From Chitinophagales bacterium (GTDB taxonomy: Bacteria > Bacteroidota > Bacteroidia > Chitinophagales > Chitinophagaceae), in assembly GCA_031375675.1 (NCBI GenBank), contig JANMIG010000014.1, forward strand, positions 15,934 through 79,933: a stretch of 64,000 nucleotides of DNA, given 5' to 3'. Positions 1-8,985 of this stretch are shown piece after piece. How positions within the stretch are numbered: position 1 is the stretch's first letter; each line of letters begins with the position of its first letter. Position numbers and translations under genes: made by a program. The notes below the pieces were generated by a model, which searched no databases, was not told the origin of the DNA, and worked only from the letters and a program-made list of their open reading frames with translations.

Positions 1-1
1 A

Positions 2-187
2 TGGGAAAATCCACAAAACTGGAATGGCAACCAGCTGCCGGGTGCAAACAGCATCGTAATCATCCCATCACCGGTCACCCGCTATCCCAAAATAAACATC
101 AATACAGAAATTAAAAAGCTGGAATTAAAACCCGGCAGCACCATCACCATCGCCAGCGGCAAACAATTAAAACTGAATGGCTGGTAA
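2..187 (+). CDS. 3' end of a gene truncated by the window start; C-terminal WENPxNW module of a secreted protein
   Basis: Frame 2 reads WENPQNWNGNQLPGANSIVII...LELKPGSTITIASGKQLKLNGW* with the stop at 185-187. It resembles the C-terminus of the 50362-53613 protein. Confidence 0.75.
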   Translation, partial: WENPQNWNGNQLPGANSIVIIPSPVTRYPKININTEIKKLELKPGSTITIASGKQLKLNGW

Positions 188-909
188 ATGGTTTCTGCAG
201 CAGCAGTAGTTTTTTATGCATAAAAAAACGTCCAATCCAAAAATGCCCTGTAATTATCTATAAAGCACAGTCTGCCTCCTGCTGAGGGCTCCTGTTAATT
301 TCGCAAGCCACGATTGGTCTTTGACCATATGTGTTCGGAAGGTTTTATCATGCAGGAAACTGGCAAATGATAGTATTAGTTAAAAATATTTTAAATACCC
401 AATGCTTCCTATTCATAATAGATTTTCGAAGGATGGGCCTCGGAAAAAATTGCGTGAAGAAAATTTTCATGGCTGGGTAAAAAATGAAATTAATGTTACC
501 ACTGCCAGGCCATATTCTTGGCTGGTAAGTCGCACAATCGCTGGGTTTTATTCCACTGTTGCAACTGATTTCATTTTAGCCAGACAGGGAAATTTTTAGC
601 TTTTTTTTCCGCAGCCCTTGATTTTTGGTGCTTTTCATCAAGTGGCACATCCCGGCCGCAGCGTCGGGGGAAAAGCACAGAAAACAATCAGAAAAGCATT
701 CCGGATTAATTGCATAGCGATAAAACCTAAAGGGCAAATTAGCAATTCAAATCTTTAGGGCAGTTGTCATCTTTTACCAACGGTATGAAGATTCGCACTT
801 GCCGTCATTGCAACTGTTTTCCAGCCCGGCCGAATGCCAGGCGGAATTTGGGAAGCTCATTTTGCGCTAAACCGCATTCCCTTTCGTATATTTATCCCTA
901 CTTAAAACT

Positions 910-2400
910 ATGCACATGAAACTAATCAGCCTGCTTACACTGTGTCTTGGCTGCAGTATAGCTGTAAATGCCCAGGTAAAAATTGGTGACAACCCACTGG
1001 TTGCAGCCCACCCCTCTGCCATACTGGAGCTTAAAAGTACTGCCAAAGGATTACTGATACCCCGCTTAGACAGTGCCCAGCAGGAAGCCATCGCCAGCCC
1101 CGCCAACGGACTGATAGTGTACAATATCACCAGGAAAAACATGGAATATTACGACTCTGCCGCCAGCACCTGGCGGCAAGTGGCCCGCAGCGGCAATATA
1201 CTGGCTGAGCCGGAGCTCGACAGCCTGCACTGGCAAACAGATACCGCAGCCAAAAGGGTTTTTCTGCGCAGGGGCTATCCATTGGGCGACTCCATTTTTT
1301 ACAATTATAACAATGGCAGCTTTGTATTTGCCGATAAAATAAATTATACCAACAGCCTGGGCCAGGTTTTTCCCGTTACCAGCTTTGGCGGAAAATATTA
1401 TTTTAAATCCACGGCCTCCTCCCGCAGAGATACCAGCATATTTAACAATGTGTACATCAGCCTTAATGCCGTAATGGAAGCCGATGAGCAACGGGTAAGG
1501 GGCAACTCCTTTATAGGCATACAGGGCCTGGCCATTGCCAATAAAAACAATGCCCGCACCATTGGCAGGGTTGCCGGAGGATCTGCCATTGCCATACAGG
1601 CCGGGCAGGATACGGTACAGTTGCTCCGCGGGCAGGAAGTACAGGTAACACACAGCGGCACAGGCTATGTAAACACCACTACCGGTATCAATACCAGTAT
1701 CAGCATATCCGACACTTCACGCAGCAACCTGGGTATAGTGTACGGCACAAGGGTACAGGTTGTTAAAAGCAGCCCCTCGGCCTACAAAATAAATACCCTG
1801 TTTGGCTCGCAAATACAACTGATTAATGGCGACACCACTTTGTCCCCCGTCACATCAGGCGATGCCTACGGCTTGTACATCAACCCGGTAAACCTGGCCC
1901 CGCCCGGCCGCAACTATGGCATAAGAACCTTTAGTGGTGTAAATATATTCGGCGATTCCACCACCATTGGTTTTGGAGGTAAGCCCCGTGCCATACTGGA
2001 TGTAATCAGCTCCAGCTCCATGATTATCCCAACCGGCAATACCAGCCAGCGCCCTGCCACGGCCGTTGCAGGTATGCTGCGGGTAAATACCCAGCACAAT
2101 ACCATCGAGCATTTTGACGGTACCGAGTGGAAGGGCACCATACGCACCGCCCCCTTTATTGATGTACCGCTGCTGCCCATTGCCGGCGGGGCCAGTGTCA
2201 TCGTATCTGTACCCGGTGCAGTACCCGGTGGCACGGTTACCATATCCCCATCAGCTGCAGCAGTAATGCCTGCAGGCCTGTTCATCGCCTGGGCCCGGGT
2301 AATTTCAACTGACAATATTGAAGTACGGTTCGAAAACCGCTCCATCACCGCCACGCTGGATCCGGCAATAATACAGTATCATGTACGGGTGATTAATTAA
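910..2400 (+). CDS. Secreted fibre-like protein (Bacteroidota tail-fibre shoulder-type modules)
   Basis: Signal peptide ending AQ. Carries SAILELKSTAKGLLIPRL...SPANGLIVYN, and a related module near the C-terminus (IIPTGNTSQRP...AGMLRVNT...FDGTEW). No T9SS CTD. Confidence 0.6.
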   Translation: MHMKLISLLTLCLGCSIAVNAQVKIGDNPLVAAHPSAILELKSTAKGLLIPRLDSAQQEAIASPANGLIVYNITRKNMEYYDSAASTWRQVARSGNILAEPELDSLHWQTDTAAKRVFLRRGYPLGDSIFYNYNNGSFVFADKINYTNSLGQVFPVTSFGGKYYFKSTASSRRDTSIFNNVYISLNAVMEADEQRVRGNSFIGIQGLAIANKNNARTIGRVAGGSAIAIQAGQDTVQLLRGQEVQVTHSGTGYVNTTTGINTSISISDTSRSNLGIVYGTRVQVVKSSPSAYKINTLFGSQIQLINGDTTLSPVTSGDAYGLYINPVNLAPPGRNYGIRTFSGVNIFGDSTTIGFGGKPRAILDVISSSSMIIPTGNTSQRPATAVAGMLRVNTQHNTIEHFDGTEWKGTIRTAPFIDVPLLPIAGGASVIVSVPGAVPGGTVTISPSAAAVMPAGLFIAWARVISTDNIEVRFENRSITATLDPAIIQYHVRVIN

Positions 2401-2531
2401 AAAAGAGAGTTTTCTGATAAAAAACAGGATTTCTCAGCTAATCAACTGCGGTTCCAGGAAGACAGTTGAAAAATCCCACACCTGCCCAAAGCCGCCGACG
2501 TTAGTGGCAAGCCCTTATAAACACAATAAAA

Positions 2532-2990
2532 ATGAAACTAAGGTTTGAGAATGCAAATGGTTTGACTGAATCCCAGATTGAGCACATCGAAAAAAGAATT
2601 GGCAGAAGATTACCACACTCAATAAAAAATTATTATAAAAACTATGCCGGCTCAAGGCCTGCTGTAAATGGTAATAGTGCCAATATAACCATTTCCCAAA
2701 ATGACGGTTTAGCAAATACAAATATCTTCGAAGCAGTCGACTCTTTTGAAACACTTCAAAACCATCTCTCAAATATTGACTATTTGACCGAACTTGCTCA
2801 GCACTTTAATCTCAGTTCGCAATACGTAGAACCCGAAAATCTTTTTCCACTTGGGCTTTTACCAAACGGTGCCATTTACATTGCTATTGACGGACAAAAC
2901 AAAGGCAAAGTCTATACAGCTGACAATGGAGACTTTGGCATTATTTTTCACAGTAGCAACCTGGAAATGTTTTTGGAAAGCGTTTTTTAA
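2532..2990 (+). CDS. SMI1/KNR4 (SUKH) family immunity-type protein
   Basis: LTESQIEHIEKRIGRRLPHSIKNYYKNYAG N-terminal motif, plus FPLG..PNG..Y.. and GKVY motifs. AT-rich. Confidence 0.8.
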   Translation: MKLRFENANGLTESQIEHIEKRIGRRLPHSIKNYYKNYAGSRPAVNGNSANITISQNDGLANTNIFEAVDSFETLQNHLSNIDYLTELAQHFNLSSQYVEPENLFPLGLLPNGAIYIAIDGQNKGKVYTADNGDFGIIFHSSNLEMFLESVF

Positions 2991-3017
2991 TATAGCTGAC
3001 CCCATACTGGCCCATCT

Positions 3018-3105
3018 GGCGCAGGACTCTGTCCTGCTGCCTCACGTCACTAAACCATTAACACTAAAACAGTAACAAATGGCACCAGGGCCGGAACCCT
3101 GCGCC
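3018..3105. repeat. 88-bp REPIN-like element, copy 1 (two inverted REP-like hairpins around a 39-bp spacer)
   Basis: GGCGCAGGACTCTGTCCTGCTGCC ... GGCACCAGGGCCGGAACCCTGCGCC. Differs from 4930-5017 at 4 positions. Confidence 0.75.
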
Positions 3106-3560
3106 TGAAAAGCAGCAATAGCCAATAAGTTTCGCCGTAAAGATGCAATTAATTAACCCCACTTGAAAGGCAATTGTAAAACATCCGCAATGTCCTGCCG
3201 GTTACCTTATGCTGTATGTAATTTTATTATGGCAGAGACTTTGCGGAGAAGCAAAATATCAGATGGCAACAGACTGCTGCTATTCAGAAAAATTGTGGTT
3301 TTTTGAAATTATTACTACTCAAATACAACTAATTACTCATTATGCTGTTATGAGTAATTATTACTTAATATTTACTGCACATCATAAAGTACTGTAAGTG
3401 TAAACCGGTATAAAAAAGTATACCGGGGCAGCCGATAGCTTAAATGACCTGTGAATATTTTTTTGCAGTGCCCTTTTAAATGATGTAATTAAATACAATA
3501 AACATACAATATCCCACAGGGTCTTGTGCCATGGGAGCTTAACATTTTTAATACAATACA

Positions 3561-3743
3561 ATGTTCAAAAAATTCACTTTAACCGATAAGCTGCTGTTTG
3601 TGGCAGCATTACTTTCGCTTGTATTCTCTGAAATACTGTTTTTTAAAGGAGAACAGCTGTCTGCCATTTTTATTGGCATATGGGTTCCTTCTATACTGGC
3701 ATTCGGTATTTATTTAAAATTAATAAGCCAAAAAAATGACTGA
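3561..3743 (+). CDS. Small two-TM membrane protein (60 aa)
   Basis: Two hydrophobic segments, a GIWVPSILAFG motif and an A-rich translation initiation region. Confidence 0.75.
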   Translation: MFKKFTLTDKLLFVAALLSLVFSEILFFKGEQLSAIFIGIWVPSILAFGIYLKLISQKND

Positions 3744-3834
3744 TATAATACCGTATTTCGCAGGACTGATTACCTTATTATTCGGTTTGGCTTGCTTTCT
3801 TGCTTTAAAAGAAATGACCAAATCAAGAAAATAG
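3736..3834 (+). CDS. Putative 32-aa single-TM peptide MTDIIPYFAGLITLLFGLACFLALKEMTKSRK
   Basis: The ATG at 3736 overlaps the upstream stop (ATGACTGA). One hydrophobic helix with a basic tail; TAG at 3832-3834. Absent from the ORF track. Confidence 0.5.
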   Translation: MTDIIPYFAGLITLLFGLACFLALKEMTKSRK

Positions 3835-3972
3835 TTATTCCCTGAAAAAAAATACGGGCTGTGGTAAATACACATACCTGTTCAAAAGTTTTTCCTGGTA
3901 AATGACCATTTTTACTTTAAAACCGGAGCCTTAGTATTTATAATTTTCTTTCATCGTGAAGTATTAACCGGG

Positions 3973-4896
3973 ATGGCAAAAAATATGAAACTGAACTGGT
4001 TGTACGGCAAAATGCTGTCGGACAGTACAAAGGAAAAAAGTGAAAAACTCATCCTGGTCATAGCCATCATCAGTTTCATCATTCACCTGTTGCTGATATA
4101 TCTTGCCGGTTTTGGTATTATCAGTGCAGACCCTGGCTCAAAGCTGCTGAGCAACCCCATTGCGGCCATCTACACCCCTTTCTCATTCATCCTGGTATAT
4201 GAGGTTTACCTGCTTATTTATTATTTGCCCAAATCAATCACTATTTATATCGGCAAGCAATACGAAATCATGGCGCTTATCATCATCAGGCGGCTTTTTA
4301 AAGATCTCTCTGGCTTACAGTTCTCTGCCGACTGGTTCCGCAACAATGATGATCTTCAGTTTACCTATGACTTGATAGCTTCTATACTGCTGTTCTATCT
4401 CCTTTTTTTATTTTATGCACAAAGCAAAAAACGTTATTTAAAAAAGCAGGAAGAAGAACCGGCATTAATCAACATTCAAAAATTTATACATTTTAAAAAA
4501 ATAATTTCCGTTTGCCTGGTACCTATCCTGGTGGCTGTGGGTATCTATGCTTTCGTAAATTGGATCACGGGTACATTCTTCCCCTCCAATCATACAACCG
4601 TTTCATTTAAAAATATCAATAACATCTTCTTTGACCAGTTTTTTACAGTGCTCATCATCATAGATGTTGTTTTATTACTCCTGTCATTTTTTCACACGGA
4701 TGAATTCCATAAGGTTATAAGAAATTCTGGCTTTATTATTTCAACCATTCTCATCAGGCTGTCATTTTCCGTAACCGGCCTTACCAATACAGCACTGATT
4801 GTGGCTGCCATCATTTTCGGACTGCTTATACTGGTTATTCACAACAAATATGAAAAAATGTTAAGTATACAAGCTGACAAAGCTGGTGGCAGTTGA
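3973..4896 (+). CDS. Polytopic membrane protein of unknown function
   Basis: 307 aa with about 7 hydrophobic segments. Confidence 0.75.
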   Translation: MAKNMKLNWLYGKMLSDSTKEKSEKLILVIAIISFIIHLLLIYLAGFGIISADPGSKLLSNPIAAIYTPFSFILVYEVYLLIYYLPKSITIYIGKQYEIMALIIIRRLFKDLSGLQFSADWFRNNDDLQFTYDLIASILLFYLLFLFYAQSKKRYLKKQEEEPALINIQKFIHFKKIISVCLVPILVAVGIYAFVNWITGTFFPSNHTTVSFKNINNIFFDQFFTVLIIIDVVLLLLSFFHTDEFHKVIRNSGFIISTILIRLSFSVTGLTNTALIVAAIIFGLLILVIHNKYEKMLSIQADKAGGS

Positions 4897-4929
4897 AACC
4901 GCTCCGCTTTGCAGTAAATAATACCCCCT

Positions 4930-5017
4930 GGCGCAGGACTCTGTCCTCCTGCCCCACGTCACTAAACCATTAACACTAAAACAGTAACAAATGGCATCAG
5001 GGCCGGAGCCCTGCGCC
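4930..5017. repeat. 88-bp REPIN-like element, copy 2
   Basis: Direct-orientation copy of 3018-3105; 84/88 identical by manual alignment. Confidence 0.75.
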
Positions 5018-5024
5018 TGTAAAG

Positions 5025-5127
5025 CATCCCATCATCCCATCATCCCATCAGCAAATCAGCACATCATCCCATCAGCAAATCATCCCATCAGCAAATCATC
5101 AAATCATCAAATCAGCACATCATCCCA
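5025..5127. repeat. Degenerate octamer tract (CATCCCAT/CATCAGCA/AAATCAGC)
   Basis: Tandem low-complexity octamers. The same family occurs at 11791-11834 and, reversed, at 22684-22780. Confidence 0.8.
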
Positions 5128-5160
5128 GCTTTATCTATCTTTACAAGCAAATACAGCACA

Positions 5161-5673
5161 ATGAAATATTTACTGCCGGTACTTTTTATACTTTGCCTTT
5201 ACTGCCTGCCCGCTGCAGCACAAACCATTGAACCACCAAAGGAAGACACCGCCCTGTACCTGCGCTTCCCCGTGGTGCCGCCCTTCAGCATTACCAAAGT
5301 ACCCGACAGCAGCAGATTTGCCAAGGCCGACCTGAAGCAAAAGAAAAAAACACTGCTCATCATCTTCAGCCCCGATTGTGATCATTGCCAGCACGAAACA
5401 AAGGAATTGACAGCGTCAATTGACAAATTTAAAAAGATACAGATTGTAATGGCCAGCTGGCTCCCATACAATGAGGTACTAAAATTTTACAAAGATTACA
5501 ATATTGCAGCATATCCCAATATCACCATGGGCTGGGATAAATCATTTTTTCTGCCGCCATTTTATCAATTGAAGAGCCTGCCCTTTATGGCACTGTACGA
5601 TAAAAAAGGAAATTTAATAAGTGTGTTTGACGGTTCGGTATCGCTGGATAAAGTGGTGGAAGCGTTTAAGTAA
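5161..5673 (+). CDS. Thioredoxin-fold (redoxin/TlpA-like) periplasmic protein
   Basis: Signal peptide, FSPDCDHC CxxC motif and a SLPFMALYDKKG cis-Pro loop. Confidence 0.85.
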   Translation: MKYLLPVLFILCLYCLPAAAQTIEPPKEDTALYLRFPVVPPFSITKVPDSSRFAKADLKQKKKTLLIIFSPDCDHCQHETKELTASIDKFKKIQIVMASWLPYNEVLKFYKDYNIAAYPNITMGWDKSFFLPPFYQLKSLPFMALYDKKGNLISVFDGSVSLDKVVEAFK

Positions 5674-5684
5674 GGAATATCTCA

Positions 5685-5784
5685 GTTACGGGTTGTTTTT
5701 GTTGGAGTGTTACGGGTTGTTTTACCATCCGAAAGGTAAAACAACCCGTAACAAAAATAACCCGTAACAAAAACACCCTGTAAC
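5685..5784. repeat. Nested inverted repeat between convergent genes (probable bidirectional terminator/REP-like element)
   Basis: Perfect 18-bp arms GTTACGGGTTGTTTTACC (5709-5726) and GGTAAAACAACCCGTAAC (5735-5752), with extra outer copies of GTTACGGGTT/AACCCGTAAC. Confidence 0.8.
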
Positions 5785-6231
5785 TCACTCCACCTCCCAG
5801 GAATAATAATTGTGTTCACTATCCAGCGTAAACCCGGTACGGGGATAGAGTTGATTGCCAATGTCATTTGTTTTAGCCGTTTCCAGCAGCATGCCTGCGC
5901 TGCCCGTTTGCCTGCACAAGTCTTTCGCTGCATCAATCAGCATCACCGAAATACCCTTGCCCCGCTGTGCCGGGCTCACATACAAATCATTCAGCAGCCA
6001 GAGCCTTTTCATGCGGGTAGAAGAGAACAGCGGGTACAGCTGCACAAAGCCCACCAACTCACCCCGTTCATTTTCTGCCACAAAAATTTCTGATTCCCTG
6101 CCGGCAATTCTTTCCTGCAAAAAAACTACTGCCGCTTCGGGGTCAGGCGGCTGTTGATAAAACTCCCGGTATGCCTCAAACAGCAGCGCAAGCAATGGCA
6201 CATCATCGGTTAAAGCCTTACGTATTACCAT
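5785..6231 (-). CDS. GNAT family N-acetyltransferase
   Basis: LNDLYVSPAQRGKGIS acetyl-CoA binding motif and NQLYPRTGF. Confidence 0.9.
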   Translation of the reverse strand: MVIRKALTDDVPLLALLFEAYREFYQQPPDPEAAVVFLQERIAGRESEIFVAENERGELVGFVQLYPLFSSTRMKRLWLLNDLYVSPAQRGKGISVMLIDAAKDLCRQTGSAGMLLETAKTNDIGNQLYPRTGFTLDSEHNYYSWEVE

Positions 6232-6243
6232 ATAAAAATGATG

Positions 6244-7779
6244 CTAATCAGGTTTGTCGTAGGAGAAATAATCGTAGTTCAGTACCTTTTTACCCCTGGG
6301 TTCCACTTCCACTTCCCATTGAAGGCTGCTCATGGTTTCATATACGTCATCAGCATTCCTGGTAATTTTGGCTTTGCCGCCATCACTCATTTTTACAGCA
6401 ACACCCCCGATGGTTTTGCTGATGCGGATGGTGATTTTTTTATCATGATAATTGATAATATTAATGGTTCCTTTGTAATTCACTTTATCATAAAAGCTAT
6501 TGGAGGAGTTGCTGATAGTACTTTTTTCACGTTTTACCTCTGCCTCCTCGTTTCTCATCTGTATGTTCAATGCCCTCGACAGGCGTATTTCATTGCTGCC
6601 CTTAACCGGTGTGTATTGCAGCAGCGACTGTGCCACCGCCTGCTCAGCAGCATTCATTACCAGCACAGCACCTGCGGTAAAAGGTGCAGCGGTACTGTTT
6701 ACTATCCGGTAACTGTGCCAGGCTTCCAGCGGTTTTTTTTCATTGTCAACGGTGCTGAGTATATCCAGGTCGGCCGCATATACATCTTTATAAGCCACCG
6801 TAGTGGTAAGCACCGGTACAATCACCCTGGCATCTTTTTCAAGGTTAAGCGTACCCAGTTTGTAAAAGTACAGGTCTTCAAACTGCTCCCCAGTTTTATC
6901 CTCCTCGCCAAAATCAAAATTGTCGTACACTTTTACAATCCTGCCATTTTGCACAGCATTGCTGGTCATTTGCTGGAAATTGTCAATTCTGCCAGACATT
7001 AATCGCTCTGAGAAGTAAGATATACAGGCCGGGTCAAGCTGGTCGCCAAAAAACATTTCGGGGTTACCGATGATGATGTCAACCGGTGTATTCAGGTAAT
7101 CATCACTGTTGTTCACCAGGGTGGCCTTCATCTCCAGCCGGGCTTCCTTATCGTTAAGGATACGCAACTGGTAAGAGGGAAACCACTGGATGCCTTTTTG
7201 CAGGCTGAGGGTGGATGCCGTAGTACTGCTCACAGCTTTGCTAAGCGTAACTTTGGCAATTTCTGTAATGCTGTCGGTCATAAAAGTTTCGCCGGTATTG
7301 GCATCCAGTGCCAGTTCATCAAAATCATCCGCAGATACAATCAGCAGTTTTTTATCCTCAGTACGCAGCCTTGCCCATTTGCCCGCAGCATCATAGTACA
7401 GCAGCCTGCCGGTAATCTTTGGTGCCGTACCTGTTTCAATATGCCGGTACAGGGTAATATCTTTACCAATATTGGCCTGCAGAAAATCGTTGATTGATTT
7501 AGCCTGCTGCTCCTTGCGGAAGGTATCCGTTTTTATTACAATCGAGTTCAACCCGGCATCTTTGCCCACCCCCAGCCAGTAGGTACCCATCAGCACCTGC
7601 TTGGGTGCCGGAATATAAAAAGTTTGATTTTCCACACTTACTGCAGCTTCTTTTTTCACAAAAAAAGTACCATTCTTAAAAATTGAAAGCCGCACGGGTT
7701 GCAATGTCTGCACTTTTTTTTGTGCTAATGCACCACTTGCCGCCACCAGCAGCACCATAAGGGAGATGAAATGTTTCAT
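6244..7779 (-). CDS. DUF4139/DUF4140-type secreted protein
   Basis: Signal peptide, VRLSIFKNGTFFVKKE N-terminal motif, GIQWFPSYQL and C-terminal WEVEVEPRGKK. Confidence 0.75.
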   Translation of the reverse strand: MKHFISLMVLLVAASGALAQKKVQTLQPVRLSIFKNGTFFVKKEAAVSVENQTFYIPAPKQVLMGTYWLGVGKDAGLNSIVIKTDTFRKEQQAKSINDFLQANIGKDITLYRHIETGTAPKITGRLLYYDAAGKWARLRTEDKKLLIVSADDFDELALDANTGETFMTDSITEIAKVTLSKAVSSTTASTLSLQKGIQWFPSYQLRILNDKEARLEMKATLVNNSDDYLNTPVDIIIGNPEMFFGDQLDPACISYFSERLMSGRIDNFQQMTSNAVQNGRIVKVYDNFDFGEEDKTGEQFEDLYFYKLGTLNLEKDARVIVPVLTTTVAYKDVYAADLDILSTVDNEKKPLEAWHSYRIVNSTAAPFTAGAVLVMNAAEQAVAQSLLQYTPVKGSNEIRLSRALNIQMRNEEAEVKREKSTISNSSNSFYDKVNYKGTINIINYHDKKITIRISKTIGGVAVKMSDGGKAKITRNADDVYETMSSLQWEVEVEPRGKKVLNYDYFSYDKPD

Positions 7780-7904
7780 TGTTGTTTTTTTAACCAGATG
7801 CCATTACCGGCCCGATACCACAGCCACAGCAAATGCCCCACAAGCTACTGAAAAAATGCTAAAATAAAATAAGCCTGCTATTACCAAAATCACCCAATCA
7901 GCCC

Positions 7905-7912
7905 TACTTTTG
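7905..7912 (+). promoter_or_regulatory. Bacteroidota sigma-70 -7 box upstream of mdh
   Basis: TACTTTTG matches TAnnTTTG and lies 32 nt before the ATG. Confidence 0.6.
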
Positions 7913-7944
7913 CACATCATTTCATCCAAAAAATACATAGTATA

Positions 7945-8880
7945 ATGAAAGTTACCGTAGTAGGAGCTGGTGCAGTAGGTGCAACCTGTGCCGATAATAT
8001 TGCCCGCAAAGAGCTTTGTGAAGAATTAGTACTGTTAGATATTAAGGAAGGTGTAGCCGAAGGCAAGGCCATGGACCTGATGCAAACAGCCCAATTACTG
8101 GGTTTTGACACTAAAGTAATTGGCAGCACCAACGATTATGCAAAAACTGCCGGTACCGATGTAGCCGTTATCACCAGCGGTATACCACGTAAACCGGGCA
8201 TGACAAGGGAAGAACTCATCGGCATCAATGCCGGAATTGTAAAAGGTGTTACCGAAAACATTCTGAAGCATTCCCCCAATGCCATCATCATCATCATCAG
8301 CAACCCCATGGATACCATGACCTACCTGGCGCTCAAAAGCAGCGGCATACCCAAAAACAGGATCATTGGCATGGGCGGCATATTAGACAGTGCCCGTTTC
8401 CGCTACTACCTCAGCCAGGCCATCCCCTGCTCACCCAACGACCTGCAGGCTACTGTAATAGGCGGCCATGGCGATACTACCATGATACCATTAACAAGGC
8501 TGGCAACTTATTGCGGCACACCCGCAGCCAATTACTTAGATACTGAAACACTGGCAAAAGTAGCAGCCGATACCATGGTGGGTGGCGCTACACTTACCGG
8601 CCTGCTGGGCACATCCGCCTGGTATGCACCCGGTGCCGCTGGCGCAGCACTGGTAGAAGCCATTGTAAGAGACGAAAAGAAAATGATGCCCTGCTGCGTA
8701 AGCCTGGAGGGTGAATATGGCCAGAGCGATATTTGCCTTGGCGTACCGGTAATAATCGGTAAAAATGGCTGGGAGAAAATTGTTGATTATAAACTGACGG
8801 AAGACGAGCAGGCAGCATTTAACAAAAGTGCTGATGCGGTTAGGAATATGAACAGTGTGCTGGCAACACTGAATGTTTAA
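7945..8880 (+). CDS. mdh: Malate dehydrogenase (LDH-like)
   Basis: VVGAGAVG NAD motif, ITSGIPRKPGMTREEL, SNPMD, LDSARF, GGHGD and SAWYAP. Confidence 0.97.
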   Translation: MKVTVVGAGAVGATCADNIARKELCEELVLLDIKEGVAEGKAMDLMQTAQLLGFDTKVIGSTNDYAKTAGTDVAVITSGIPRKPGMTREELIGINAGIVKGVTENILKHSPNAIIIIISNPMDTMTYLALKSSGIPKNRIIGMGGILDSARFRYYLSQAIPCSPNDLQATVIGGHGDTTMIPLTRLATYCGTPAANYLDTETLAKVAADTMVGGATLTGLLGTSAWYAPGAAGAALVEAIVRDEKKMMPCCVSLEGEYGQSDICLGVPVIIGKNGWEKIVDYKLTEDEQAAFNKSADAVRNMNSVLATLNV

Positions 8881-8900
8881 CAAAAGAGAGTACAAAGGAG

Positions 8901-8928
8901 AGGGGAGTCTGCACAAGCTCCCCTTTTT
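8901..8928 (+). terminator. Intrinsic terminator after mdh
   Basis: AGGGGAG/CTCCCCT stem followed by a T run. Confidence 0.65.
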
Positions 8929-8985
8929 ATTGCCCAAAAACCGCATTGGGCATAGATTTTGATTAGCATATAAAAACTATAGTCT

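Noticed and set aside
188-909. ncRNA/riboswitch or 65-aa ORF in the long intergenic region
   Set aside because: Only short scattered stems and no motif I can assign; an Rfam scan would be needed.
910-2990. Cognate toxin-immunity pair (fibre gene plus SMI1/KNR4)
   Set aside because: The upstream protein's C-terminus is a hydrophobic beta-rich domain with no nuclease or deaminase motif, so the immunity gene is treated as an orphan.
3478-3496. FNR/CRP-like box (ATGATGTAATTAAA)
   Set aside because: Too many mismatches to TTGAT-N4-ATCAA in an AT-rich background.
6238-7002. 254-aa plus-strand ORF
   Set aside because: Antisense to the DUF4139-type gene, which has a signal peptide and family motifs.
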